DNA of 64,000 nucleotides, from the NCBI RefSeq assembly GCF_020745735.1, contig NC_083401.1, positions 60,757,740-60,821,739 of the forward strand. Direction: 5' to 3'. Source of the stretch: Hemiscyllium ocellatum. Taxonomy: Eukaryota. This document shows, piece by piece, positions 25,440 to 38,442 of the stretch. Made by a program: the position numbers and the translations under genes. Below the pieces are notes generated by a model. The model did not search any database. It was not told the origin of the DNA and was given only the letters and a program-made list of their open reading frames with translations. The first letter of the stretch is position 1. Every line of letters begins with the position of its first letter.

Positions 25440-26940
25440 ACTATGCAGTGTGGGACCGCCAGATGTCAGTACAAGGATCCTTGCTTTTCTTGATGATATT
25501 AATGACCTAGATGGGGACATGCATGACACAATTTAAAGTGAACATATTATACAAAATGTGAAAGTATTGTTAATAGTGAAGAGAATAATGGTTATAGACA
25601 GGCTGGTAGAATGGGTGGGCCATGACAATGACATTTAATACAGTGAAGTGTCCAGTGATATATTTTATCAGGAAGGCTGAGATGAGTCATTGTAAGGAGT
25701 ACAAATGGGTGCAAGAATATAGAATCCACAGAAATCATTGAATGTAGCAGGGCAGGTTGTAAAAGTGGTTGAAAATCCACAAAGGATCCTGGACCTTATA
25801 AATAAAAACATAGAATTCTAAAGCAAGTAGTTATGATGAATCTTTATGAAACTCCATATCAGCTATACCGGAATATTGTGTCCAGCTGTGGACATCACAC
25901 TTGAGAAAGAATGTAATGCCATTTGAGAGAGTGCAGAAAAGATTTATATGAATGTTTCAAGGAATTAGATACTTCAGCCATAGTGATACAACATAGAAAC
26001 AAACCCTTCTGTCCACCACATCTGCACTGATCAACAACGCCAACTACATTAATCCCGTTTACCTGCACTTGATCCATAGCCTACTATGCCCTGGCATTTT
26101 AAGTGCTCATCCAGATGCTTCTTAAATATTGCAAGAGTAATACAACCCTCTCAGGTGGCACGGTGGCTCAGTGGATAGCACTACTGCCTCACAGCACCAG
26201 GGTCCCAGGTTTGATTCTCAGCCTTGGGCGACTGTCCGTGTGGAATTTGCACATTCTCCCTGTGTCTATGTGGGTTTCCTCCGGGTGCTTCAGTTTTCTC
26301 CCACAGTCCAAAGATGTGCAGGTCAGGTGAATTGGCCATGCTAAATTGCCCATAGTGCTGGGTGCATTAGTCAGAGGGAAATGGGTTAGGGTGGGTTACT
26401 CTTCGGAGGGTCGGTGTGGACTTGTTGGGCCGATAGGCCTGTTTCCGCACTGTAGGGAACCTAATCTAAAAATCACATTCCATATTCTAACCAACCTCTG
26501 GGTGAGAAAAGTTTTTCCTCAGATATCCTTTAAACCACTTACTCTTTACCTCAAAACTTATTTCCTCTGGTCTTAGACACACTACTATAGGTAAAAGATT
26601 CTTACAATCTACCTTCTCTATGCCTCTCATAATTCTGTATACCCTCAGTCTCCTCCACCCAAGGAAACCAAACCCAGCCTATCCATTCTCTCCTCATAAC
26701 TGAGACTTATCACCCCAGGCAACATCCTGGTGAAAACTGTTATCACTACAGTAAAGATCAGGAATCTAAAGACATAGGTTTAAGATTAAAAGCAAAAGAT
26801 ACAATAATGACATAAGGAAATTCCTCATGAATTAGTAGGTGGTTAGGATCTGGAAGGCATTGCCTGAATGTGGTGGAGACAAGTTCACCTTGAGATTTGC
26901 AAAAAAAGGATTGGATCAGCTCCTAGAGAGAGAAGGTGCA
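25440..26940. mobile_element. Nested cluster: old CR1 (+) interrupted by a CR1 tail (-, about 25985-26735), itself interrupted by an HE1 SINE
   Basis: Decayed CR1 RT on + resumes after 26735; the antisense CR1 tail resumes after the SINE. Confidence 0.6.
26154..26470 (+). mobile_element. HE1-type SINE
   Basis: GGTGGCACGGTGGCTCAGTGG head and B-box-like GGTTTGATTCT. Confidence 0.9.
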
Positions 26941-27550
26941 CAGTGAGGGTTAGAACTATTTCTTATGAGAATTAATGAGCTGTGCAATGCTTACTCTTTC
27001 TCTTGTATAGAAAGATGCATCTGCTAGAGGTTGGTTGTTGAGGATGAGGTCAAAATACATTGTCCTCTTGATAATTCCCTTTTACCACTTGCCACGGGTC
27101 CCTTGAACATTTAGGACTGAGTGGTGCTGTCAACCCACTCTTGGTAGTCTGGAGTGGGGCTCTGACAAAGCCCACCCAGGCATGTCAATAATTCAACCAT
27201 GGGGGCTTAGCTGGTAATTAACTTACATGTCAATTTTCATTTTCTTCTGCTTTAGTTATGTCTGAATTTTCCCTCCAGATATTAGATTTTCATCTAACAC
27301 CATTCTTCCCATTTGCAGGTTTTCTTCAGTTCATTTTGTAGCCCTGAGCTAACATTTCAGACTTCAGAACTCCTTCACGAAACTTTTAAACAAATAAAAT
27401 TGGGGAAAATGTGGGGTTTGGTCACACGGCTCTACATTGAATTGGATATGTGACATTCTGAGTAGGACTTGCTGATAATAAGAGAAAATACTCATGGTTT
27501 GTTACGCAGAAATAAGTGAGCACTATTTTTCTTTTAATTTATGAGAACAG

Positions 27551-27652
27551 AATAAGGAAGACATTAACATCGTTGTGTTGACCAAAGATGAAGGTGCTGG
27601 ACTGGGTTTTAGTGTCGCAGGAGGGGTGGACCAGGAACATAAATCTGTAACT
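27551..27652 (+). CDS. PDZD2: PDZD2 exon, start of penultimate PDZ: NKEDINIVVLTKDEGAGLGFSVAGGVDQEHKSVT
   Basis: aacag|AAT to ACT|GTAAGT, 102 nt, phase 0/0; contains the GLGF carboxylate-binding loop. Not in the ORF track. Confidence 0.93.
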
Positions 27653-28944
27653 GTAAGTATCATGAAAACTCATTTACATTTAATACAACCGGTTGACACT
27701 CATCTGGATCGTCTCATTTGATCTTTGGTTCTTCTCTCACAAAGCAGCTATTGTGTAAGGTTCTGGTCAACATTATCTATTGCCATGGAAATGCTAGCTG
27801 GCGCCACCTGCAGGATTACAGATATATTGCTGTGAACATAATATATAGGATGAAATCTCAAGATGTTCCCAGGAGCAAAAAATGAGGCTGTCAGTGGCAT
27901 TTAGTCGTGCAGGAGGAAAAACATCAGCTTCCCAAGGGCAGGATGAAAGTTGGTAATTCATTTGGTGGTGGATTAAAGGTAGATTGTGGTCCCATAGCAA
28001 ATGGCAAAACTCATTTTTCATGTATCAGCATATTGTGTATGCCAGTTAAAACAAAATTTCACTAGATTAAATTGTACTTTGCCACTAAATTAGCAGCAGA
28101 CAAGAAATACAAGTCCTTGGATTCACAACTGGTTAAAGGTAGTAGGCCCGGTGAATTTGGATCTGCTTGGATGGCAAGCTTAGACAGACCAAGGGAAAGG
28201 AGGCCGAGCTGGTGCATTGAGCTCAAATGATGGCTGCCTAGTGAGGGCAGTTCAATGGAAGGACAGTAATGCTGGCCCAAATAAAAGGCATAGACAACAG
28301 AGAGAGGGAACTGGATTAACCAATGGAAAGTTAGATTCTACTGAAGGCATGATGGAAGAGAGATCAAGAGGTATAGGGAGCAACACAATGTCGAGCTTGG
28401 GAGCGTTTAGAATGGTGGATGGATGGGACATGATGCTGGGTAGGGTATCGCAATAAATGGAGCAGCTCTAGCATGATCAGGGATGACAGTGAATGACTGA
28501 AGGATCCCAGAAGGCAAGGTTAGGGAGATGAAGGGAAGGTTAGGGGTGATAGAGGGAAGAACAGCAGTGACTGAGAGAAGGTGAAAGGAAATAGCTTGCA
28601 GCCCTGGCCTCAAAAGTGAGTTGTCCAGGGACATAGCAGCGACAGGTGGAAGATCTGACCATGGTGACGCAAGGATACACCACAGTGGTGAATGTAGTTG
28701 ATGTGCATCAGAGGGCTCCCATTTGGGCCACAGTCATTGTCAGAAAGCAGAGCTAAATCAACTGTGCTGACCAGATCTTTGCCAGCTTTCTGTCTGTAGT
28801 TCACTTCAGGTTTTTCATACTCCCGCTGCTTTTTGCTGCTGTGATGAAAAAGAAGAATTAGAATAGTCTGGCTCAGGGTTAGACACAATAACCCCTAAAA
28901 GGACAACAGAGGGTTAGGCAGCTCCTGAAGCTGTCAATCAGTGA

Positions 28945-29160
28945 TAAGTAAAAGGTCAAATCACCAGAGTCCTATTAAATCATTAAACTACTCTCTCATT
29001 AGAGAGGGGCGATTGGTGGTGGTTTAACTGAGGGTCACCATGCCTCAGGTGAGGAGAGAGGATGAGAGGTTGTGTTCTTCATTATAATCTCAGTCCAACA
29101 TGCAATTGGTATCATTCTGCATCACAAACCAGCCATCCACCCAGCTGAGCTATCTGTTAT
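28945..29160 (-). repeat. Unclassified SINE-like repeat; inverted partner of 32235-32472
   Basis: CTCTCTCATTAGAGAG...ATTGGTGGTGGTTTAACTGAGG is the reverse complement of 32387-32432. Confidence 0.55.
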
Positions 29161-29384
29161 GTCAAAGGTGGAGGTTTATGAAGTTGCCAAAAATGTCGTG
29201 AGCCTAAGGATTGAAAGCCTTTTAGAATTAGTAAAAGTGAATGAAGATGTGGTTAAAGAAAGAGGAACTAGCAAGAATAAACAAAACAGGTTAAAAGTTT
29301 TAACAGGTATGTAAAACATTCAGAAAAGATAAATATGAGCCCACTAGACACAGACAAAAGAAGTTAGATAATGGAGAGGGAGGA

Positions 29385-29690
29385 AATGGGAGAGTCCAGA
29401 ACTAGAGGGCATGGGTTTAGGGTGAGTGGGGAAAGATATAAAAGAGACCTAAGGGGCACCGTTTTTACACAGAGGGTGGTATGGGTATGAATGAGCTGCC
29501 AGAGGAAGTGGTGGAGACTGTACAATTGCAACATTTAAGAGGCATTTGGTTGGGAATATGAATAGGAAGGGTTTGGAGGGATATGGGCCGGGTGCTGGCA
29601 GGTGGGACTAAATTGGGTTGGGACATCCGGTCAGCATGGACGGGTTGGACCGAAGGGTCTGTTTCCATGCTGTACGTCTCTAAGACTCTA
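29385..29690 (+). mobile_element. CR1 3' tail (family A) within an older CR1 fragment
   Basis: GGGGAGTCCAGAACTAGAGGGCAT...GGGTCTGTTTCCATGCTGTAC, as in 7090-7390. Confidence 0.85.
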
Positions 29691-31124
29691 AATACTGTCT
29701 TCAAGGAGGCAAATAAAAAAAATTCTCAGAAATATTAGAGTTCCAAGGAACTAGCTCGAAAGAGGAGCTGAAGGAAATTAACATTAGTAGAAAAGTAGTA
29801 TTGGAGAAATTAATAAATTCACCCGGATCTTATGATCTCCATCCCAGAATGGTCATTTTCCAAAATGGGAATGTGATGGTGAGTCACTGAACTAGAAATA
29901 TTAAATTGGTTTTCTCCCCATAGATGTTGCCAGGCCTGCTGAGTTTCTCCAGCAAATTTTGTTTTTTGTTTCAGATCACCAGCATCTGCATTTCTTTGTT
30001 TTATTTCACCAAACTGGTCCTTGGGATGGCAGGATTGTCCTATGAGATAGGTTCTCGAGCATCAAGAGGATCAAGAGTTACAGGGAGAAAGCAGGAAAAT
30101 GGGGTTGAGAAACTTATCAGCCATGATTGAATGGCAGAGCAGACCCGATGGGCTGAATGGCCTAATTTCTGCTCCTATGTCTCATGGTTTTAATGAGAGG
30201 TTGTGTTGATAGGACTATATTCTGTTTAGAAGAGTGAAAGGTAATCTACTTGGAATCAACAAATATTGAGCCGTCCCACAGCAAGATATGGCTATAGAGC
30301 AGGCTTGTTCTGAGTCTGTCAGCTCACTGGCAAACCTTTCTTCAGGGGTAGTGGTGAGCATACTGTTCATCCCTCATCAACTTCAGCTCAGACGAGAGAG
30401 GGAGAGCAATTTCAGGCCGATATTTGGACAGCTGCAGCCTGTAACAGAGAAACATATAACCAATAAGATGTTAATCGTATGAAAATAGGTTTCCACATCA
30501 GAAACAGCTGCAGAGTTGTATTCTATTGATTAACATATCCAAGGATTGGCAGGGAGTAAAAGAATCGTGCTGTGAAGATAATTTATTCATGTATTTCATG
30601 ATAAATAAAACATGGAACATTGTAGGGGAACAGTGTTGAGAGAGTGGGCACATAAAATTTTTAATGGATTAGAACAGAATGGCAATTAAAGAGGGGGAAG
30701 AAACAAGGAAAAGGAAATCAGGCTGACACGAACTGATAGAAATAGGACAGAAGCTATGCTGAGATCAGTGCAGGGCCTGAGGGATATTTTGCAGGAACAA
30801 AGGAAGACAGACTCCTGAAGTGATAAGCAAAGCCAAGTGGCAGTATTTTAAAATGATAATATTCAGCTTATTTTCCTATACACTGAAATTGTGTAGGCTG
30901 TTTTCAGTTGGCATGTGAATTAATTTGGGTTAAGATTCAGGTAGATGACACTTGCCAGAAGTCTAGAAAAGAAATGTTATAGATTGAGGAAAACTGTGAA
31001 GAATAAAAGACATTGTTTGGAAACCATGGAATTTTTCAGATGGGAAAAAAGTTTATAGCCTCATGAGAGAGTGGGAATAGGGAGGGAGACACTCCGCTAT
31101 AGCAGTGTGAAATACCAATCTTTG

Positions 31125-31201
31125 ACCCTCCCTCTCTGTCCTCCTTCCCCTCTGTACTCTCCCTTCCCCTCTGTCCACCCTTTCCTCTCTGTCCTTCCTC
31201 C
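31125..31201 (+). repeat. Pyrimidine-rich degenerate minisatellite (CCTTCCCCTCTGT-like unit)
   Basis: About four imperfect copies. Confidence 0.5.
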
Positions 31202-31860
31202 TGAATTGAAGCTCAAAATGAGACCCAGGAAACCCACAGAAGACTAATCATTGGCAGCATGAAGGCTTCATTTCGGGTAAGAGAGGGTGGGTTATCATAA
31301 GAGTGCAAAAAACGGGTGCAGGAGCCGACAGGAAGCTGCTGGGCAAGTCTTTCAGGAGAATTTGTGGGGCCCCTCCCACAAATTTACTGACAGCAGAATG
31401 TAAAGAAAAAATAACAAGACAGAGAAACAAAGAAAAGCTAAAAGTCATATGCAAATTAATGCAGAGAACAAGGGTGTTTAATATGTATATGATGAGAGAT
31501 AGAAATAGATAGATGGGAAGATAGAAGGAGCAGGTAAAAAAAGTTATTCTTTGTCGTGATTGACAGGTTTGATATTATGTCAACCATTAATATTAGTGGT
31601 ATATGACTTTGCCCAAAACTGATATTAATATTAAATGTCTGATCTACTTCTCCACCTAGTATTTTTCCATTAATAACTTTACAATTCAATGGTCCAAATA
31701 CTAAAAACAGAGAACTCTAACATCTGATGGAAATGTTAATAGTAAATTATTACTATTGCAAGTATAATTTAAATATGCTGCAAATAATCAGTACGGTACA
31801 TTTTTGTTAAATACGTTGCAAAAGAAAGTTGTTCCTTTCAAACAGTTCTTTTCCTTGCAG

Positions 31861-32134
31861 ATTCACAGAGTATTTTCAAGAGGGGTGGCAGCTCAAGAAG
31901 GCACCATTCAGCGGGGAGACTACATTCTATCTATCAACGGAATGTCTGTAATAGGCACTACACATGTAGATGTGCTGAATGCACTTCACCGGGCCCGCTT
32001 ACATAAACAGGCCATCATTGTCATTAAAAAAGGAAAGGAACAGGAAGAAATTTCTTCCAAGCCAGATTTACCAGTTCCTAAAGGAAACCATCTCACAGAT
32101 GGAAGAGATGCGACTACAGAAATAATAGGAACAG
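31861..32134 (+). CDS. PDZD2: PDZD2 exon, rest of penultimate PDZ plus linker (IHRVFSRGVAAQEGTIQRGDYILSING...)
   Basis: ttccttgcag|ATT to ACA G|GTAGGA, 274 nt, phase 0/1; PDZ motif GD-x-IL-x-ING. Confidence 0.93.
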
Positions 32135-32234
32135 GTAGGAGTCCATCGGTTCTCAGTATAAACTCCATTCTGAAGGTTGTACATTCTGTTAATGCTTTGC
32201 ATTAGTCACTCCTAGCTCAACAGTTAACCTGAGG

Positions 32235-32472
32235 GTCAGTTAGCACAATGGGCTGAGCTGGTTTGCAAAGCAGAGAGACATCAGGGAGAATCAGGATACA
32301 GGGAGACAATAGCACAAGTTCAATTCCTGGACCACTGGAGTTATCACAATGGTCCCTCCTCAACTTCTCCCTTCGCCTGAGGTGATCCTCAGGTTAAACC
32401 ACCACCAATCGTCTCTCTCTAATGAGAGAGCAGCCCTATTTCCTCTGGGACTATGGTGACTTTATCTTTACT
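32235..32472 (+). repeat. Unclassified SINE-like repeat with a B-box-like AGTTCAATTCC
   Basis: A second copy lies at 28945-29160 in the opposite orientation. Confidence 0.55.
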
Positions 32473-33569
32473 TTGGTGAACATGCTTCAGAAGGGACACC
32501 CCATTCATTCTATATAAAGGGACATGCATGTGACTTCCAGGTGAGATCATAGAGTCATGCACCATAGAAACAAGTCCTTTGGCTCATCGTGTCTGTGCTG
32601 CCCAACAAACACCAAACTACAATAATCCTATTTACCTGCAATTGGTCCATAGCCGAATATGCCCTGCCATTTTAAGTGCTCTTCCAGCTGCTAACCAAAG
32701 TTAAATTAGGTGTGTTTGAAATTCCCAGTTGTATGTGATTGGAACAGTTTGGAAACATTCCTTAGATTCATAGGGAAGTGGTGCTATTTGACAAAGCCTG
32801 CTTTCAGTAAGAGCAGGTAGTTATAGTTCATTTTGGGCTGAATTATAGCTTGGAAATGGATTAGTCAACAGAAAGAGGAGGTTGTGTATAGAGGGAAAAA
32901 GAGGAGAGTTCCTAATAGAAGGTGTACACACAAAGTGTTTTCAGACAGCACTTCTCCACTTCCCAGTCAATACAAGGCAAGTATGCCTCACCAAGGAGGT
33001 AGGCTCTGAGCTGCTTCACTTTCTACAATTGGATCTGCGTGCTCACAACAGGACAGTGGCTGTGGAGATTAATGTGTCCTCAATTTCTATATCAGCAGCT
33101 CCTTGCAGGCAGGATCATGTAGCACTGCCAGTATTTCACAGTTCACAGTGCTCCTCTGAATCCGGAGGTGCCAGAGGACCTATAGGCCAGGAAAGTAAAA
33201 TTTATCGTCTTCCCTCCTCCGGGAGAGAAATACAAGGAATGAGCATATGGCTTTGCCCAGGTTAATGAGGTTCCAATTGTACAGAATGGTGTAGGAACCA
33301 TCGACTGCTCACGGACCCCAAATATACTGGGGGAGATCTATCACAACTACAAGGCATCCCTCGCCATAAAAATACAGACCCAGCTAGACATTATGGTATC
33401 CTGGCAGCAAGCATGATACATGAAATCTGGGTCTGTCAGCTGTGCTCATTATCTTTGAGCTACTGTGATATCCCAAAGGCTGATTCTGAGGTGGCAAAGC
33501 CTGCCCCTGCATTATATCTGGCTCAAGAATTCCTTCCACCACTGATATGGACAATGTGGTTAAACTGAA

Positions 33570-33830
33570 AACCATGTATCTATTAGAAACACAATGAAGA
33601 TTTATCACATCTCATTGCACGATTTGAAGATGAGCAAGGAATTCTCTTTATGTCATAGTCAACATGCATCCTTCAACCAACACTACAAGAAACAGATTAA
33701 CTTGTTATTCATTCACAGCTTATGAGACCTTGCCGACATGCACATCCATTTAAAAATTAAGCTTCAAAAGGTAAAACGTTTTGGATAAGTTGAGGATGTA
33801 AAAATATCTATGCAAATGCAAGTTCTTTGA
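33570..33830 (+). mobile_element. Degenerate Deu-domain SINE fragment
   Basis: ACAAGAAACAGATTAACTTGTTATT...GCAAATGCAAGTTCTT, similar to 15-235. Confidence 0.45.
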
Positions 33831-33984
33831 TCTTCAACTGCACATTTCTTCAGTGATTTTGATTTCAACTAACATTCCCGTCACTTGTAACAGAACTGTA
33901 GAATGTACCCAGTATATGTTGTATATCCATCCATCTCTGAAAGAAGTTCTTCCAATTAAGTACGATGCTTTATGTTCTATTCTT

Positions 33985-35570
33985 GACTCCCTCCTATTTC
34001 CCATCTACAGTACATGCTTCCCCTTGGTGACATCATCCAAAACCATAATGTGAGTTCTCATGAGAAAGCAAACAACACCCAGCACTATCTCACTGTCACC
34101 TCTAATCCTTCCTGAACTCTTGCTAAATTATCAGACTACTTGTCCAATTTCAAGTGCTGAATGAGCACAAATGTCCTCCAGCTAAACATTGGAAAGACTG
34201 AAGTAATTGTTTTCAATCCCTCCTACAAACGTCATTCCCTATTACAGATTCTATTTTTCTCTCTAGCAACTGTCAAAGACCAAACCTAACTTTCAGAATC
34301 CTAGTTGTAGGTTTGCGTCTGCAATAAACTTCCAACCATCAATCATAGAGCCATGGAGATGTACAGCATAGAAACAGACACTTCAGTCCAACTCATCCGT
34401 GCTAACCAGATATCTTAAATTCATCTAGTCCCAGCATTTGGGCCCATCTTCCTCTAAATCCTTCCTATTCATCTATCTATCCAGATATCTTTTAAATGTT
34501 GTAATGGTAGCAGCCCCACAAACTCCTCTGACAGTTCATTCCGTACACTCATCACCCTCTCATGAAAAGCTGCCTATTAGGTCCATTTTAAATCTTTCCC
34601 CTCTCACCTTAAACCTATGCCCTCTGGTTTTGGACAGTACCCTGGGAAAAAGACAGTGGCTATTCATGATATCCATGCCCCTCATGATTTTATAAACATC
34701 TATAAGGTCACCCCTAAGCCTCAGTTTATTCAGCCTCTTCCTGTAGCTCAAATACGCCAACCCCCAGCAACATCTTTGTAAATCTTTTCTGAACTTTTCA
34801 ATTTAACAACGCCTTCTCTATAGCAGGGAGGCCAAAACTGAAGGCAGTATTCCAAAATGGCCTAACTAATTTCCTGTAAAGCCACAACATGACATCCCAA
34901 CTCTTATACTTCATAGATTAACTAATAAAAGGCAAGCGTACCAAATGCCTTCTTCAACAGCAAGTCTATCTGTGACTCCACTTTCAAGCAACTATGAACC
35001 TGCACGCCAAGGTGTCTATGTTCGGCAGCACTCCTCAGAACTCCACAATTAAGTGTATAGATTTGCTACTTCCACCTTTCTGTCATTGCTTCACTCTATC
35101 CTTGCTGCAGGTCAGCTGCTGCTGAAATCCTCATCCCTGCTTTCGTTACCTCCAGATTTGACTATTTTACTGCCCTCCTGACTGACCTCCAACTATGTTC
35201 TGTCCTTCTGTCACCCTTTTGTTCAGATCAGCATTTGCTCCCAGTCAAGCAACATCCTAACTTTAAAATTTTCATTCTTGTTTTTAAATTCCTCCATGCC
35301 CTCATTCCTCCCTGTCTCTTCAGTCTCCTCAGCCCCAGTCCTGAAGAGATCTGGACCGATCTCATGAGCTTGAGCATTCTAATTTTAATCACTCCTCTTT
35401 AAGTGGTCATCACTTCAGCTGCCTAAGGCCTACTCTGGAATTCCCCTTCTAAACTTCTCTGCCTCTTCATCAATCTTTCTTCCCTTAACACACTCCATAA
35501 AACCTATTTCATTGACGGAGCTTTTAATTACCTGCCTTAATATTGCCTTTTGTGGCTTGGTGTCTAATTT
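33985..35570 (+). mobile_element. Degenerate L2 LINE 3' region interrupted by a CR1 fragment
   Basis: MLPLGDII...TQHYL near 34010-34095 and LIPAFVTSRFDY (L2 LIHAFVTSRLDY-like) near 35130. Confidence 0.65.
34343..35058 (-). mobile_element. CR1 LINE 3' fragment (family A)
   Basis: RLRGDLIDVYKIMRG on - and the shared tail. Confidence 0.88.
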
Positions 35571-35711
35571 TGCTGAATGGATGGCAGAGCTTTGGATGTT
35601 TACAGGGAGGTTTTATTTACATTTTTATTCTTTCATGGAATGTGGGTATTTGCTGGCCAGGCCCACATTTATTAGACTGGGAAAGCTAAGGCTTGAGGTT
35701 AGCAGGGGACA

Positions 35712-38190
35712 CTTGCTAAAGAAGGACACTATGGAGGTCTTGGGTAGTGAGACAGTTTGGGTAGAGCTGAGGAACAAGAAGGGTGCAGTTACATTGTTGG
35801 GGCTGTATTACAGACCTCCCAACAGAGAGGTAGAAGAACAAATAGGTAAACATGTTATAGAAAGATTTAGAGGCAATAGGGTAGTGATGATGGGAGATTT
35901 TAGTTTTCCCAACATTGACTGGGATACACTTAGCGTCAGAGGTCTGGATGGGGTAGAATTTGTAAGAAGCGTCCAGGAGAGTTTTCTAGAGCAGTATGTC
36001 AATAGTTCAACGAGGGAAGGGGCCATATTGGACCTGGCACTGGGGAACGAACCAGGACAGGTGGTAGACGTTGCGCTGGGGGATTTCTTTGGGAACAGTG
36101 ACCACAATTCTGTAAGTTTTAGAATACTCGTAGATAAAGAAGAGAGTGGCCCTAAGGGAAGAGTATTAAACTGGGCCAAGGTCAATTATATCAAAATTAG
36201 GCAGAAGCTGGAAAGTGTGGATTGGACACAGCTATTTGAAGGGAAGTCCATATGTGAAATGTTGGAGACTTTCAAAGATAGGTTAACGGTAATGAGGGAT
36301 AGGCATGTCCCGTTGAAGGCTAAGGATAGGAAAAGCAAGATTCGTGAACTGTGGATGACAGGAGAAATTGTACGACTAGCCAAGAGGATAAGGAAAGCAT
36401 ACATAAGGTCTAGGCAGCTAAGAACCGAATGGGCCCTGGAGGAATATTGGAAGAGTACGACAAATCTTAAACGAAGAATGAAGCTGGCTAAAAGGGGTCA
36501 TGAAATAGCTTTAGCTAGCAGAATTAAGGAGAATCCCAAAGCATTTTATTCTTATATAATAAGCAAGCGAGTAACTTGAGAAAGGATTGGTCCATAAAGG
36601 ATAATGGCGGAAGGCTGTGTGTCAAACCTGAGAGAATGGGTGAGATTCTGAATGATTATTTTGCATCAGTGTTCACTGAGGAGAGGAACATGATGAATGT
36701 TGAGATTAGAGATAGAAGTTTGATTAGTCTGGATCACATTGACATAAGTAGGGAAGATGTGTTGGGTAGTCTAGAGGTTATTAAGGTGGACAAATCCCCA
36801 GGACCAGATGGGATCTATCCAAGATTGCTGAGGGAGGCAAGAGAGGAAATAGCTGGGGCCCTGAGGGATAGGATCTATTTATATTTAGAAAAGAATGGGC
36901 TTATCCGTGATAGGCAACATGGTTTTGTGTGGGGGAGATCGTGCCTTAACAACTTAATAGAAATCTTTGAGGAAGTGACCAAGTTGATAGATGAAGGAAG
37001 AGCTGTTGATGTCATGTACATGGACTTTAGTAAGGCATTTGATAAGGTTCCCCATGATAAACTAATGGAGAAAGTGAAGTCACATGGTGTGCAGGGTGTT
37101 CTAGCTAGGTGGATAAAGAACTGGTTGAGCAACAGGAGACAGAGAGTAGTAGTTGAAGGGAGTTTCTCGAAATGGAAAAAGGCGACCATTGGTGTTCCAC
37201 AGGGGTCAGTGTTGGGGCCACTGTTGTTTGTAATATACATAAATGATTTGGAAGAGGGCACTATTGGTATGATTAGCAAGTTTGCAGATGACACGAAGAT
37301 TGGTGGAGTAGCAAAAAGCATAAGGGACTGTCAAAGCATATAGGACTATATAGATAGACTGGAAAGTTGGGCAGAAAAGTGGCAGATGGAGTTCAGTCCA
37401 GACAAATGTGAGATGTTGCATTTAAGCAAGACTAATTCTAGAGCGAATTATACAATGATCAGAAGAGCCTTGGAAAAAGTTGATAGACTGAGAGATCTGG
37501 GAGTGCAGGTCCATTGTATCCTGAAGATTGCTGCACAGGTGGATAGAGTGGTCAAGAAGGCGTATAGTATGTTTGCCTTCATTGGACGGGGTATTGAGTA
37601 TAAGAGCTGGCAAGTCATGTTAACATTGTACAAGACATTGGTTCGGCCGCATTTAGAATACTGTGTACAATTCTGGTCACCACATTACCAAAAGGATGTG
37701 GATGCTTTGGGAGGGTGCAGAGAAGGTTTACGAGGATGTTGCCTGATATGGAAGGTGCTAGCTATGAAGAGAGGTTGAGTAGGTTAGGCTTGTTGCCATT
37801 AGAAAAAAGGAGATTAAGGTTTACAAAATCATGAAGAGTATAGACAGAGTGGATAGAGACAAGCTTTTTCCCAGGGTGAAGGATTCAATAACGAGAGGTG
37901 ATACTTTCGAGGTGAGAGGTGGAAAATTTAAGGGGGATACATGCGGTAAGTACTTCACACAGAGGGTAGTGGGCATCTGGAGCACGTTGCCAGCAGAAGT
38001 GGTAGAGGCAGGCACGGTAGTTTCATTTAAGATGCGTCTGGACATGTGCATGAATAGGTGGGGAGCAGAGGGATACAGATGCTTAGGAATTGGGCGACAG
38101 GTTTAGACAGTAGATTTGGATCGGCTCAGGCTTGGAGGGCCGGAGGGCCTGTTCCTTGGCTGTAAATTTTCTTTATTCTTTCTTTATTCT
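35712..38190 (+). mobile_element. CR1 LINE (family B), 5'-truncated within APE; RT disrupted and internally deleted
   Basis: YYRPPN...GDFSFP...SDH, KAFDKVPH, GVPQGSVLGP, KFADDTK; ends TTCTTTATTCTTTCTTTATTCT. Confidence 0.95.
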
Positions 38191-38307
38191 AACAAAGGCA
38201 CACAATTAAGGCTTTTAGCATCAACTGAGAAGAGACAAGCAAAGTCAAGTGATTACTTATAGAAATAAGTAATTTGTACCAAGCTGTACTTGTCTTGGGT
38301 ATTACAG

Positions 38308-38442
38308 GCATGAATGTGGACCTTAGAGGGGCCATCACCGTAGAGTTGCTGAAGACCTCTGCTGGCCTAGGATTCAGCCTCGATGGTGGGAAGGCTTCAA
38401 TCAATGGAGACAGACCTCTGTATATTAAACGAATATTTCAAG
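38308..38442 (+). CDS. PDZD2: PDZD2 exon, start of last PDZ ([34 protein letters not shown])
   Basis: attacag|GC to CAA G|GTAAAT, 135 nt, phase 1/1; GLGF loop. Confidence 0.93.

Noticed and set aside
26154-26225. tRNA genes at SINE heads (also near 1200, 5920, 24750, 39420, 56320 and 62840)
   Set aside because: A/B-box-like heads run straight into SINE bodies and do not form complete cloverleaves.
32882-33265. 127-aa ORF as an extra exon or a Harbinger Myb-like fragment
   Set aside because: There is no convincing motif or phase-compatible splice pair, and the flanking PDZD2 exons already join cleanly.
35512-37778. Long ORFs as host genes or an active LINE
   Set aside because: They are CR1 APE/RT pieces with frameshifts, a deletion and stops.
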